DNA of 64,000 nucleotides from the human T2T-CHM13v2.0 reference genome, Homo sapiens, in the NCBI RefSeq assembly GCF_009914755.1, contig NC_060944.1. The stretch is one strand, 5' to 3'. Below are positions 12,945 to 27,049 of the stretch, piece after piece. Every line of letters starts with the position of its first letter. Position 1 is the stretch's first letter. A program made the translations under genes and the position numbers. Below the pieces are notes generated by a model, which was given only the letters and a program-made list of their open reading frames with translations, searched no databases and was not told where the DNA came from.

Positions 12945-13245
12945 GTTTTGTTTTGTTTTGCTTTTTTGAGATGGAGTATTGCTCGTCACCAGGCTGGAGT
13001 GCAGCGGTGCGATCTTGGCTCACTGCAACCTCTGACTCCCTGGTTCAAGCGATTCTCCTGCCTCAGTCTCCTGAGTAGCTGGGACTACAGGCATGCTCCA
13101 TCACACCCAGCTAATTTTTGTATTTTTAGTAGAGACGGGGTTTCATCGTGTTGGCCAGGATGGTCTTGATCTCCTGACCTCATGATCCGCCTGCCTTGGG
13201 CTCCCAAAGTGCTGGGCTTATAGGCGTGAGCCAATGCACCTGGCT
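12945..13245 (-). mobile_element. AluSc
   Basis: Alu dimer with tcaccaggctgg and ggccaggatggtcttgatctc; TSD tacacctgt (12936-12944 and 13248-13256). Confidence 0.93.
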
Positions 13246-14108
13246 GCTACACCTGTATTTGAATCCCAGCCCTGCCTCGCAGCACTATGTGACCTCAAGA
13301 AAGTTACTGCTCCTCTCTGGCCCTCCCCTGCCTCTGAGACTCTGGCCCCTTTGGCTTCTGCGTCTGCCCTGACACATGACCTCCTTGTTGGCATCCCCCA
13401 CAACACCCACATACCAAGAATAAGGAGATGGGTCCATTCTACCCAAATTTTGGATGCTGGGGAGAGGATCACATCCTTCAGCCATGGAGCAAACATCAGC
13501 TTCCCTCTTCCCCTTCTTCCTCCGGTCTCAATTCCTCTCCCTTGAATAGGACAAGCAGTTCAGCTCCCATAGACTCAAGTAACCAACCCCATCACAGAGC
13601 TTAGCTGAACAAAGCTGGGCAGGGCTGCCTCTTGAGCCAGCCTCCTTAGAAGCCTGCTGGGCTTAGAAAGAGCAAAACTGTCATCTTCTTATTCCCACAG
13701 CGGATACTGGGCTTTCACTAACATTTTACATAAACAGGGTTTAGTATCTGCAAAAGATGGGAAAACCACTTGAGTAAAGTAAACTGTAAGGACGTTGCCA
13801 GTTCCATAGAGCTTTGCAAATTGCTCTTCAATTTTAAACAGCTCGTTAAAATGCAGGCTCACCTGGTCCCCACAGGAATCTGGTAAGGTGGGTATGATGA
13901 TTATGATTGTCCCATTAGCTAAGTCATCATTGAAAAGTGAGTGATGTTCCCATTTTACAGCTGAGATATAGGGTCACAGAGATGTTATGCACCTGTCTTA
14001 TTGATGAGACAGAATGTTTTTTGTTATAAGTAACAAAAACCTCAATGAAAATAGTGTTAAATAATGAGGACGATTCATTAGCTTGGATATAGAAGACTCT
14101 GGATGTAA

Positions 14109-14524
<416 letters not shown>

Positions 14525-15057
14525 TGAGAAGCTTCCCATTTGCAGGTAGGTTTGAAGCTGTTTGTCGTTCATGTGTTGGACATTGTGCCAAGGTAGTTTC
14601 ATTTACCTACTTTATGGAGGAGGATATGGAAGCCCGAGGCACTGACCTGTGGTATCCCCAGGATTTGTGGCAGGACTTCTCACTCGAATTCCAGGGCTCC
14701 CCTTCCTCCTCCATGCCACCAGGCGCTACCTCCATGGAAAAGGCAATGCCACAGTTTTGAGCTGGTTAAGGAAGATACCTCCTCTGCTCCCTCCTTCACC
14801 ATCCCCCAGTGCAGAGATGGAGCACCTTGGTTCCAGCTCAAGAGGGGAGAGGGGGTAGGGCCACGGCTGGGGGACAATTTAGGGCTGATTCACAGTGACT
14901 ATGAACTAAGGCCTGACTGAGAGGGTATCTGTGAAGGACACTGATCATCTCTGTGCTTCGCTCCCAATGGTGTCTATTTATAAAATGTTTTAGGGAGTCA
15001 TTGAATCTTCCTAAGGGGCAGTAGATAAAGCATAACCTTGGAGCAGGGAGATCTGCT

Positions 15058-15462
15058 GTGTTAGTTTAGGAGACGCTGGCTGCTGTAACAGGGAAACTCT
15101 GACATCCCAGGGACTCGGTTCAACAAAGCGTATTTCTTGCTTACAGAAAGTCTACTTGGTGGCAGGGTTGAGGGTGGGTGGGGGTTTTCTGTTCCACAAA
15201 GCCATTCAGGCATCCAGGCTGACAGAGACTCTATGCCTTCAACATGTGGCTTCCAAGGTCCCTCTGGATTTCATAAGCTAGATGCGACAGGACAGAGCAT
15301 GAAGGGCTGGTGCGGGGCACCCTTGGGAGTGGTGCACATTATTCCTCTTGATTCACTGGCTGGAACTCAGCCTCATAGCTATGTAATCTCAAGGAGAGTG
15401 GGAAATTTTGTGCCTAGGAAGAAGAGGAAATGGATTTGGAGAGCCACATCAGTCTCTGCCAC
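15058..15462 (-). mobile_element. MLT1J/K-like LTR
   Basis: tgttagtttagg..gctgctgtaaca..tcaggcatccaggctgacag..tctctgccaca. Confidence 0.65.
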
Positions 15463-15899
15463 ACTTGGTTTTGAATCTAGACCTTGCCACACACTATTTG
15501 TGGGACCTTAGCTTCCTTAACATGTCTGAGCCTCAGTTTCCTCATTAAAGGGCAAATGGTGATAATCTCCTAGGAGGTATGATGTTGGGAGGGTTTCTTG
15601 AGTTTTTTCTCCAACACTCCCATGCAGTCGTGGTTCTTACCTGCAGAGCTCCAGCCTCTATGTACAATTGTCCACATACTTGTCAACTTCCTTGGTAATA
15701 ACTCCTCTCCTGGAGGGCAAACTCCACCAGAATAGGGGCCACACTGCTCTCAATCAGAGCTGCAGCCCTAACAACTGGCCTGGCGCCCAGCACTTAGTAG
15801 GCATTCAATAAATACATGTCGGGGAAATGAATGGACGGATAAGTTAATATGAACACATATGTGCTAAGATTTACTCCTTTAAAAATTCTTCCTCAATAA

Positions 15900-16210
15900 A
15901 TATTCGCACCTCTATGTTCCATCATGGTGTGGTGAGGGGGAGGGAGGGGGGAAGAAGATGAGGAGGAGGAGGGGCACCTTTCTCCCACCCCTACTGGAGC
16001 TCAAACTATAAATAGCTCCAGTTGGAATCTGACTGCAGATTCCTCCAGCAAAGTCAGCATCCCCAGGACCTCTCATCCTGGATGGGGACCGGGAGTGCTT
16101 CCTCATTAATCACAGCTCTTTAATTAACAGCTCTGAGCCTGGAACAAAAGGTGCTTACCGGGAGAACGCCAGCGGGCCCTGAACTCTGGCCGCCTGTTTT
16201 TATTTGGAGG
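15900..16210. promoter_or_regulatory. Candidate regulatory element (MEF2/TATA-like and homeodomain sites)
   Basis: CTATAAATAG at 16006-16015; CATTAATC; TTAATTAA; GTCAGCA Maf half-site; several CpGs. Confidence 0.4.
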
Positions 16211-16808
16211 ACCTGGCGCCTTGGGGAGCAGGCATGGCATGGCTCAGTGCTGAGCCTGGCAGGGGATGGGGTTTGGAGGGCGAGCAGCTGGCAGGCCGGC
16301 TGCCTGTCTCCACCTTGGACATCTCCACACAGAGCTGACTCGACTTCGAGCAGGTTGCTGGCAGCTCTGTCCTCCTCAGGCTGATGCTGATGTCATTGGT
16401 CTGGGGTGGGGCTGGGCAGTGAAGTTGTCACGTTCCCCAGGTGGCTCTAATGTGCACAGTTTGAAAAACACTGCTCCAGGGATGGCAGGCTTGGCAGAAG
16501 GCACTGAGATGGGTCCAAAGGCCTAACTGAGTGACCCAGAGATGGACACTTACCCAAGGCATGCCTAATGCCCAGGCAGATCAAAGGCCCACTCCCTCCT
16601 CTTCTCCCCGTTGGCGGATGCAGCAGGAATGGAACCTGCCTTTCCTTCTCCCATCATGCCTCCTGGAGATGATCAGAGGAGAGCCAGACCACAGAAGCAG
16701 GACTTCAGCCAGGGGCTGGGTGGGAGGCTTGGAAGGCAGGAGGAAGCACACACAGCTTGGCACTGGAAGCAGTGGCCCTAGGGCTCCTGCTGAGCCCCAG
16801 GTGTAATA

Positions 16809-16869
16809 TCAAGTTGATGCAAAAGTCGTTGTGGTTTTTCCTATTGCTTTCAATGATAAAAACCGCAAT
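16809..16869. mobile_element. MADE1 (Hsmar1 MITE), left part of a split element
   Basis: ta|tcaagttgatgcaaaagtcgttgtggttttt..aaaaaccgcaat matches the MADE1 5' arm and centre. Confidence 0.85.
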
Positions 16870-17771
16870 CTGACAAAAGGCTAATATCCAGAATCTACAA
16901 TGAACTCAAACAAATTTACAAGAAAAAAACAAACAACCCCATCAAAAAGTGGGCAAAGGACATGAACAGACACTTCTCAAAGGAAGACATTTATGCAGCC
17001 AAAAAACACATGAAAAAATGCTCACCATCACTGGCCATCAGAGAAATGCAAATCAAAACCACAATGAGATACCATCTCACAACAGTTAGAATGGCAATCA
17101 TTAAAAAGTCAGGAAACAACAGGTGCTGGAGAGGATGTGGAGAAATAGGAACACTTTTACACTTGGTGGGACCGTAAACTAGTTCAACCATTGTGGAAGT
17201 CAGTGTGGCGATTCCTCAGGGATCTAGAACTGGAAATACCATTTGACCCAGCCATCCCATTACTGGGTATATACCCAAAGGACTATGAATCATGCTGCTA
17301 TAAAGACACATGCACACGTATGTTTATTGCAGCATTATTCACAATAGCAAAGACTTGGAACCAACCCTAATGTCCAACAATGATAGACTGGATTAAGAAA
17401 ATGTGGCACATATACACCATGGAATACTATGCAGCCATAAAAAATGATGAGTTCATGTCCTTTGTAGGGACATGGATGAAATTGGAAATCATCATTCTCA
17501 GTAAACTATCGCAAGAACAAAAAACCAAACACCACATATTCTCACTCATAGGTGGGAATTGAATAACGAGATCACATGGACACAGGAAGGGGAATATCAC
17601 ACTCTGGGGCCTGTTGTGGGTTGTGGGGAGGGATAGCATTGGGAGATATACCTAATGCTAGATGACGAGTTAGTGGGTGCAGCGCACCAGCATGGCACAT
17701 GTATACATATGTAACTAACCTGCACAATGTGCACATGTACCCTAAAACTTAAAGTATTTAAAAAAAAAAAA
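16870..17771 (+). mobile_element. L1PA2-like LINE-1, 5' truncated (ORF2 C-terminus and 3'UTR)
   Basis: ORFs [21 protein letters not shown].. and MIDWIKKMWHIYTMEYY..; 3'UTR gatgacGAGttagtgggtgcagcgcacc and acttaaagta (not the L1HS ACA form); frameshift near 17163 and a premature stop. Confidence 0.93.
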
Positions 17772-17894
17772 GTCTAGGAGAAAACCAATCAAATGGTCAA
17801 CATGGATGATGGCATATAAGTGTTTTAACTTTTCTTTAACTTTTTGCATTAAAATTTTTTCTATATTGAATAAGCAAAAAAAAAAAAAAAAAAA
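17772..17894 (+). other. L1 3' transduction (104 bp) plus second poly(A) tail
   Basis: Non-L1PA segment between two A-tails, inside TSD aaaaaccgcaat (16858-16869 and 17890-17901); ATTAAA at 17848-17853. Confidence 0.85.
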
Positions 17895-17902
17895 CCGCAA
17901 TG

Positions 17903-18329
<427 letters not shown>

Positions 18330-18526
18330 TCACTTCTTCTCTTGTACTGTGACCACTGTTGAAGGGCTCCCTACAGCAGACCTGGCTCATTACAGAGTTC
18401 TGTTAGCATGCCCTCTGAAAGGCAGTGTCTTCATCTATAACATGGGGACATTATGCTTGACAGATTCCCAGTGTTTGCATGTGGTAGGTATTCAGAAAAT
18501 TCTTGTGTAAACTCTAAAGTTCAAAT

Positions 18527-18710
18527 CAAAGATGGCAAAGAGTTTTCATTCCGTATGCCAGCCTTCATGTGAATGGCCGCGGTCACCTGGAAAGGAATTT
18601 GAGGCCAAACTGGGGCTCAGTAAAAAGGATGCGGGAGTTGATTAGTGATGTCTCTCAGGGGTGCAGGAGCAGGAAGTGATGGCCAGAATTGCACGACTTT
18701 GCCATCCCTG
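18527..18710 (+). mobile_element. hAT MITE, Charlie15a-like
   Basis: gatggcaaa..gattagtgatgtct..tttgccatccctg termini. Confidence 0.6.
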
Positions 18711-19118
18711 GTCTTGGCGTAAACTTTATGAAGGTAAGGATTGAGTCTTTCAAAAGTTCACTTTTGTGTCCTTTGCGTTTAGTAAAGAATCTGGTGTACA
18801 TGAAGTGCTCAAATGTTTGTGGAAAGAAGAAATCTGTCCATTGTTTTTTCTAATTATTATTTTCTTGACTGTTCCTAGTCCACCCTTCACTGGGTCTTTT
18901 TTGGAGTTTGGATTCCTGTCTCCTTTCCTAGAGTGATGGTGTCAAAGTCCCTAAGCTGTTTTTGGAAGGGGGCTAGTGTGATTGAGTTGTTGGTTATGCA
19001 GTTAGGCAGGCCTGTGCCCACGTCCTGCAGGCACCACTGCATCCTGGCTGTGTGGTGTTGGGCAAGGCATTTCTATTTGCTGAGCCTCATTTGTTTTTTA
19101 TATCATATGGGAATAATA

Positions 19119-19192
19119 TTGGATTGGTGCAAAAGTAATTGCGGTAATTTTGCAAATGGCAAAACCCACAATTACTTTTGCACCAACCTTAA
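19119..19192. mobile_element. MADE1 (Hsmar1 MITE) inserted in a MIR
   Basis: ttggtgcaaaagtaattgcggt..acccacaattacttttgcaccaa near-perfect palindrome with TA flanks. Confidence 0.92.
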
Positions 19193-20981
19193 TACGAACT
19201 TCCTCACATCTTATCCTGATGATTACATGATTAAATGAATCTAAAATGCCCAGAAAATGCAAGTGCTGAGAGTTGGTTTGCTTCTGAATTTCAAAGTCCA
19301 AAGTTTATTTCATTTTTTTCCCCCTCCCTTTCCGTAGGCAACTGCAGTGGGGTTAAAGCATGAATTTTTATGTTCCCTTTCTCTGGGCCTAGTTTTGTCA
19401 CTCTGAAGTCCTCATTTTTATATTCTCAAATCCCTAATTCTTCCCCTCCCTATTCTCTGCCCTGCCACCCACCTGCCAATTAATCAATTGTTTCAGTTTT
19501 CTGGCTACATCTTAGTCTAGCCATACAAGCTCTCTCCTTAGGCTTTTATTTTCCAAAACCAAGGATGGCATCCAGTATGATGGCCCCCGCTGCTGCCTCT
19601 GCCCAGGGTGCTGACTTTCTCCAAACTCTCAAGCAGGGGTTAAGTATTAAGAGGTCATCCCTGGGAGTAACCTGAATATTTGGGACTTTTTTTTTTTTTC
19701 CCCAAAATGGTATTTTCCCCAGTCTACTTAAGAGCATATTAAGTGTGCATATTCCCAGATCTCATCTAAGACATAGGGAATCGGACCCTGGGGGAGTGGA
19801 GACTGGGTACCTGTGAGCTTCAAGCACCCAAGTGACCCTGTTTCACTCTGAGTTTTGACAGTAACTAGAGAATGTTCCTAAGAGAGAACCTCATTTAAAC
19901 AGTTTCCCAGGATGCCCTGGCATTTCTCTTTGCATGCTCCAGCCCATTTAGCTCTTTTTACAGTGGCTTTCAATATGGACTTCACACTAGATCCCAGATC
20001 AATTATGCCAGGAGTTTTGGGGGTGGAGCCTTCTAAAAGTCCTCCAGGTGATTTGAATGGGGATCCAGGGCTGAGAGCCATGAAATTCCTGAGATTCCAG
20101 CTCCTGAGGAGGAAGGCAATCCTTGGACTTCTTATTGCAAGAGGAGTAGAATTCTCTTTGCTCTCTGCTCTTACGTCCTCATGATTGGGGCAGATCCTAG
20201 AAGCCTGGTTGCCTCGTGTATGCAGTAGACACAGTTACTATGTATTAAAACCACTTGTTACTCATGGACTTGGCCCTCAATTCTTCCTCTCACCTCTGTA
20301 AAATTGGTCTAGAGCAGTGATAATTTTGCCCATCTTTTTCTGTCATGCACATTTTAGCACCCTTATTTCTCTGTTCTCCCAGTTGATGTGGCAGGCAGGA
20401 GTGCAGTAGTGCACCAAGATTCAGGCTGGACAAGAGAGGAATGGAGTGACCCTCCTAGGACAGGCTCCTAGCACACCGCTGGTCTCCCCCTTCCCCAGGA
20501 AATTAATCCTTGTTCTGGCATTACTACCACCAGAGCCCTCTAGACTCTATGTTAGTGTCTTGGAGGGGGAGCTTACTATCTCTTTGGGCAGCTTACTCCA
20601 TATTTGAGAAGTTTTGGGGACCAAATTCATCACTAACCCTCTTGGTTCTCAGTAACAACAGAACAATTCTTCACCCAGCTAATTCTCAGACAGATCTCAG
20701 CTTAAATGCTGCATTTTCAGGAGCCTCCCTGACCACTCCATTTTATTTGGTACCCCCCACTTTCTGCTACTTACTACACTAAGCTTGTTATCTTTATTAC
20801 AAATACCACAATCGATGTTATGTTTGTTTGCCTGTTTATCACCTGTCTTTCCCACCAGACTGTAAGCTTTACTAAGAGCAGGGACCAAGCCTGCTTTATT
20901 CACATGATTCATAAGGGTCCTAGCAAGAAATAGATGTCACACTTGAATTCTGTAGTTTGAGTTTAATAAAGGGACTTTTTA

Positions 20982-21305
<324 letters not shown>

Positions 21306-22140
21306 CCACAAGGGTGTAGGCAGGCTTAGGGTAATCCACAAGGGACAGTATATTACCCAGGACTAGCCACACCAGAAAGCTGTGACTAACCCAATAACTG
21401 AGGGTTTTTGCATTCCCAAAGGCGTGGTACTGGAGCCCTGGCTGGAGCCTTTGGTTGAGGCCACCAGCAGCAACTTGACAAATACCTTGACCTCGCTCTC
21501 CTCTTGCCTTCTGATCTTCTATTGTCTGAGCCTGGTCGGAAGTGAGGGAGTAAGGGAGTCCATTGATATGTTTTATCAGGTGAACATTTTGGGGTACAGA
21601 GCGGGATGGAGAGGGCACCCATGGATCTGAAGGGGCCGATGAAAGATACTCCACATTTGCTGTCGTATGCACAGATCCTGGCACTGCATCTGGCACATAA
21701 TAGGTGCTTATTAAATGTTTGTTGAACAAGTGAATTCTTATTCTATTTGAAGAGAGTAGTCATGCCATCTGGATCTCCAGGTTCAGCTCTCTGTTCATTC
21801 TATTAACCTTCAGATAATGCATTTTTGTGACCCCTTTCCACCCTGGTTGCCTTTTTCTGAGTGCACTTCTGTTAGTTATGTCCCTGTACAGTGTAGTCTA
21901 GGTGTGGTCTCATTGGCACAGAGCAGCAGGACCCTCCCGCTGTAATCTCTCTTCATACCGCCTGAGATCCTGAAATCCCAGTATATTTTTGGGAGGACAT
22001 GCCATGATGTCTTCTTGCTGTCAAGTGAAACCCCTGCATACTTGCATGAGCTGCTGAACATGTTGATTGAATTCCAGGATATAGATCTGCTTTGAACGTT
22101 GTCTGACTAGTGATTATAGGATTTGACCTAAATTAAGATT

Positions 22141-22306
22141 AACAGTGGCAAACACCACACATGCATACTTCCATGGCAGACATTACTAATCTATCAAAGC
22201 CATGATTTTCTGCTACACCTCTGAATCCTTCTCAACACATGCTTTAGGCAGTCAGTACCAATCTGTTGGAAGTGGCATATGAAATAAAACCTATTGACCA
22301 TTCTTG
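22141..22306 (-). mobile_element. Charlie15a-like hAT MITE
   Basis: ggcagacattactaatctatca..gaatccttctcaacaca, reverse-complement similarity to 18527-18710. Confidence 0.55.
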
Positions 22307-23034
22307 CTGTAGGCTCTCTTTGGATTTGAGAAATGAAGGATGGGAATAGAAACTCAAATATCTTAATGAGGAAAAAACTGTTTCTATTGTCTGCTCAGCC
22401 ACTGAGCACCTAATAGGGTCTATGTGAGGCTTAAGCAAGCATGTGAGTGAAGTACAGAGCTCAGCGCCAGGCTCATGGTAAGTCCTCACATTGCTGTGGT
22501 TTGAAAAGGAAACTGTATATCCAACAAGTAGAACTTCTCAAACTCTTTAGCAGGAAAGGCAAGCCACACTGTGGGGTCTTGCTGTACAGAATTGAAGGAG
22601 CTCCAGGTGAGAGTAAGCCTATAATTTGTAGGGCAGCTGGAAAGTCAAGGTGCTGGAGCCAGAAGGCAAGATGAAACTGAGACAGAATCCTTAGGTGGGA
22701 CCTGGAGTGAGTTGTGCAGCCGGAGACCCGCCATGCTGATGAATGCTTCAGGCACCAGCTTACTCCCTGAGTTTTGGCCTGTCCTAGACATCCAACATGC
22801 TTACACAAGCTGACAGAGAAGCTTCTGCCTCCATTTCTCTTCCTGGAGCCCAGCTTATTTGTCAGGGGTCCAGACTTTGGACTTTTGCTTGGTAGGGTGG
22901 ATTTTATTACTAAACCTTCAGTTGCTGGTCTGTGCTCTATCCTCCCTCACCTGGCACATTTCTAGTTATCATTAGGCCAGCACTAGTTATCACTAGGCTG
23001 GCTCTCATAAGAAGGCGTATCTTGAATGACATGT

Positions 23035-23365
23035 ACATTACCAATAGATATGATGTGAGCCACAAATGTGAGTCACTTAATGTACTTCAGAATGTTCTAG
23101 TAGTCATATTTAAAAAAGCAAAGAGAAACAGTTGAAATTAATTTAGATAATATATTTTATTTAATCCAAATGTTCAAAATCTAATCATTTCAACATATGA
23201 TCAGTATAAAATGACTAATGAGATATTTTGCATTCTTTTTTTTGTAGCAAGACATTGAAATTAGGAGTACATTTTTCACCTGCAGCTCATTTCAATTTGC
23301 ATGAACCACACTTCCAGTGCTCAATAGCCACATGTGGCTGGTGGCCACTGTGTTACACAGCACAG
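23035..23365. mobile_element. MER33 (hAT-Charlie)
   Basis: gtgctcaatagccacatgtggctggtggccactgtgttacacagcacag end; AT-rich core. Confidence 0.8.
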
Positions 23366-23519
23366 GTTTATGTCCTAGGCAAATCCTACATTCTCAGGGA
23401 TGTCCCCAAGCCTGACCTATTTGCTCCTTCCTTGGGCTCTCCTTATCAAAACAGTTATCATACTTTACTGTTATTGAAAGTTTACTATTTCTCCTCTTCT
23501 CTGGAGAATACATTTTATC

Positions 23520-23804
<285 letters not shown>

Positions 23805-24049
23805 AATAATACATTTTATAAGGGTAGTGAGCAAATGTGCTTGTTTATGCATCTCTCTACCTGGCTTGCCTGGCATATACAGGAGTTCTATAAATCCATG
23901 TTGAATAAGTAAATTAACAGGGCCCTCTATTCTCCAGGGACCCCACCACCTTTTCTTCCTTGCTTCCACCCCTGTCCCTGACTCAGTTTCTCATATCCTG
24001 GCACACCTTACGGCCTCCCCATCCCCTCTGCTTGTCTCATCCTGAGGCA

Positions 24050-24420
24050 CCTGACAGCCGGGATTATTAGTGGGCAGATCAGGCAGGGGCCTAATGGACT
24101 TGGGCAGCGCTAGTGGGGAGCCAGCACAGTACAGGGGGCAGGCAGAGGGGCCTGGAATGACGAATGGCCCTGCCTGCTGGCCCGGGGAGGCGCCACGCAC
24201 ATACTTCCCACCGATCGGTGCCAGCAAGTGATCCAGGGACACTGCTAAATGCCGGCTTTAAATCTCGCTTAAAGGGCCATCAAGAGCAGCTTTTGGCCGT
24301 GAGCATCTTTGCCATTATTCTTTACTAGGCCCTTTTAACGTAACTGGGAACAGGGCAATATTTTGTTCATCTGTAGCTATTGGAAAGAGGCTCAGTGGAG
24401 TTTAATGGCTGAGAGCTGGG
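24050..24420. promoter_or_regulatory. Candidate conserved non-coding element
   Basis: Unique-looking, CpG-retaining; TGACAG, GGATTA, TTTAATGG, GCCATTA motifs. Confidence 0.4.
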
Positions 24421-25019
24421 CAGCAGGCTTATCCTGGGAGGGATCTGGGGCCAGCTGCGGCCAGCTCTGGGGCCTTTTGGGGTAGGGTGGGATCTGGGGT
24501 GGTTCTTTGGTGGCTCTGAGGGGCTGGGCCCTGTAGCCTGTGAGGATGAAGGCTGACTTCACCTCCTCCCCAGAGCTGGCCTCCATGCTCCTTAGGTGGG
24601 GTGCCTGGCTGGATACTTCCAGGGGCCCCTGCTGCCTCTTGGATTCCTGAGCAACCAGGAGCTGAGAGCAACAGACTCAGCAGTGGCATGTTGGGGGCAG
24701 GCAGCTTTGCATTCCCAAATCACATGCTCTTTAAGTCTCAACAGAAACAGCTTTAAAAAAATTCCGACAACTCCTTATAGTCCCTGGTCCACTCCTTCCA
24801 GGCACCCTTCAGCCCTGGCCTCTCAGCCTCAAATTATCTATGCAATGTGAAAGCCCCCATTACACTGCTTCCAAAGAAGCAGAGGCTCACAGTCCTTTCT
24901 TGGGGGAGACACCCTTGTCCATCAGGTGTTTGAACTAGTGGACTAGCAGCCAAAGGTCTACATGATCACCCACCAGCCAGTGACTCTTACAAATATGAGG
25001 CTTCTTGGCAACCCTTAGG

Positions 25020-25135
25020 CAGGGCTGACATGTTGTCCAACTCACGGGAGGGCACCATTCATATCAAGGTCTATGTGAATGGCATCGCCTGAATTTGTGC
25101 AGTGCACAGCTTGGGCAACCACATGCAGTAGCTCT
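25020..25135. mobile_element. MER91-like hAT MITE
   Basis: ggcaccattcatat..tatgtgaatggcatc palindromic core; ttgtgcagtgcacagc. Confidence 0.6.
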
Positions 25136-25304
25136 GTCTTCAGCCTCTAGTGCGTCTCTACTTTGGCATGGTGTTGATGTGGGGGTGAGGGGCCTGGCTG
25201 TGTGGTTCTCAGAAAGGGTGATGATGGGTTAGCCTCCCTTGACAGAGGCCACTGCTGTCCTTGGTGTAGGTCTGAGCCTCTTCCTCCACTTCAGAATTCT
25301 AGAC

Positions 25305-25484
25305 CAGGGATTGGCAGACTGTGCAGTTCTATTGGTCTGCAGCCATGCCATACATATGTAGTTCATGTATTGTCTGTGACTGCTCTCAAACAGTAGACAA
25401 GTGAAAGCTACAGTCGATCATAGAGCCCTCAAAGCCCAGATTATTTACTCTCTGGCCTTTTAAGAAAAAGTTTGTCAACCCATG
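25305..25484. mobile_element. MER58A (hAT-Charlie)
   Basis: cagggattggcagact..tttgtcaacccatg; perfect 8-bp TSD ttctagac. Confidence 0.85.
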
Positions 25485-27049
25485 TTCTAGACAGTGGTGA
25501 GAGGAAAGGAGAAGGCTTCTAAATGCTTCCTTACTGGACATCTTTGGAGGGCCTGGGAGGGGGGGGCTTTTATTGATTGCTTTAATTAAGCAGGCCTGGA
25601 TATATATACCTCTTTTCTTGCTGTCACTGACTTAGTGGAAGTAGGAGTGTCCCAATATCTTTGTTGTGTACTATAGCTGACATCCAATCCAAGGCTGTGT
25701 GACCTCAGGGCCCAATCCTGGATAAGAGAGCCGTCATTCAAGAACTCATTCTGCAAATGTTTATTCTACCTGCCGAATGCCGGGAAACCAGATGCTGTGT
25801 GTACAGAGACAAGTAAGACATAGGTCCACAGGTCCTGACCTGGAGGAGGTTATGGGCTAGTTAGGAGGAATGTGTGTACACAGATAACTGGAATATGGTG
25901 TGAAGAGTATTATAAAACAGAGGTCCTAAGATGAACTCTTCCATGAGGCTGGTTGGGGGGATGGGGACAAATGAGTCGGGTCTTGAAGTAGAAGTAGAAG
26001 TTTTCCAAGTATATGAAAGAGGATGAGGGTATTTCAAACACATGGTCTTAGTTCTGATGTAGTTTCAGCACCTCTGGGACTGAGTGTGTAAATCTGGAAA
26101 ACATTTAGAAAAGTTACTGCGTTGAGTCTAATGTCTCTTGTCCTTTATAGTCTCACAGATATTGCAACCCTGTCCTTGTATACAAAGACATTTATCTTCA
26201 TTTCTCTGTCCAGGCACAGTCTCTAAGTAGATAATTACACTGGCAGGCTTGTACAAAGATGGACTTGGACACACTCATGTCAGCCTTGTTCAGTTCATTC
26301 CCACCCATGCCTGCCACACAGCTTTGTACACACACCTGAGCCTGCATGTGAATACACCTGTGGACACTGAGCAGCTGGAATGTAAACATGCACACATATC
26401 CCTGTACACTTGGGTGTTGTCCTTGATCTTCTGCCTCCAGCGTATGTGATCACCTGAACTTCATCCTCTACCACCAGTGATAACCTGGCTATGGAACTCA
26501 GGCATGAAGAATGTTTTGACTAACTCAAATGTGCCTCTCCCTAGTTTCTTCTTTACTCTTATGCCATTCCCTCTTTCTAACCCACACTCCACTTTTGGTG
26601 AGGATATATGGTTTATATCCTCAACAAAATATACATGGTGCTGTGACCTGGGGACAAATAACTGGGTGCTCTATTTAGGCTGAAGCCAGGTAACTGAAGT
26701 CTCAGAGAGCTCACTGTTGTCAAGGTGAGAATCTCGAAGGCTGGGCTACTGACTTGTCACATAGCCTTGCTTGGTTCTAACAGCTCCTTCCTGGAATTCA
26801 GGTCATCAGGAAACTCGCAATCCATCGAGGGAAGGAGTAGATGAATATGAGGAAGCTGAGAGATTTTAGGGCTGTCTCACTCATCCAGGAATCTGCATAT
26901 AATATTCTTCTCTGTTTTGGCACATGGAAGCCTTAGTGTTTTGCTGGTGGTCCTACACTGAATAGAGTGGATATGTCCATAGAGTCTACTTATCTCATGT
27001 ACTTCCCTACTGTAGATTTTATTATACGCAAATGTTCTTGGTATTTTCC

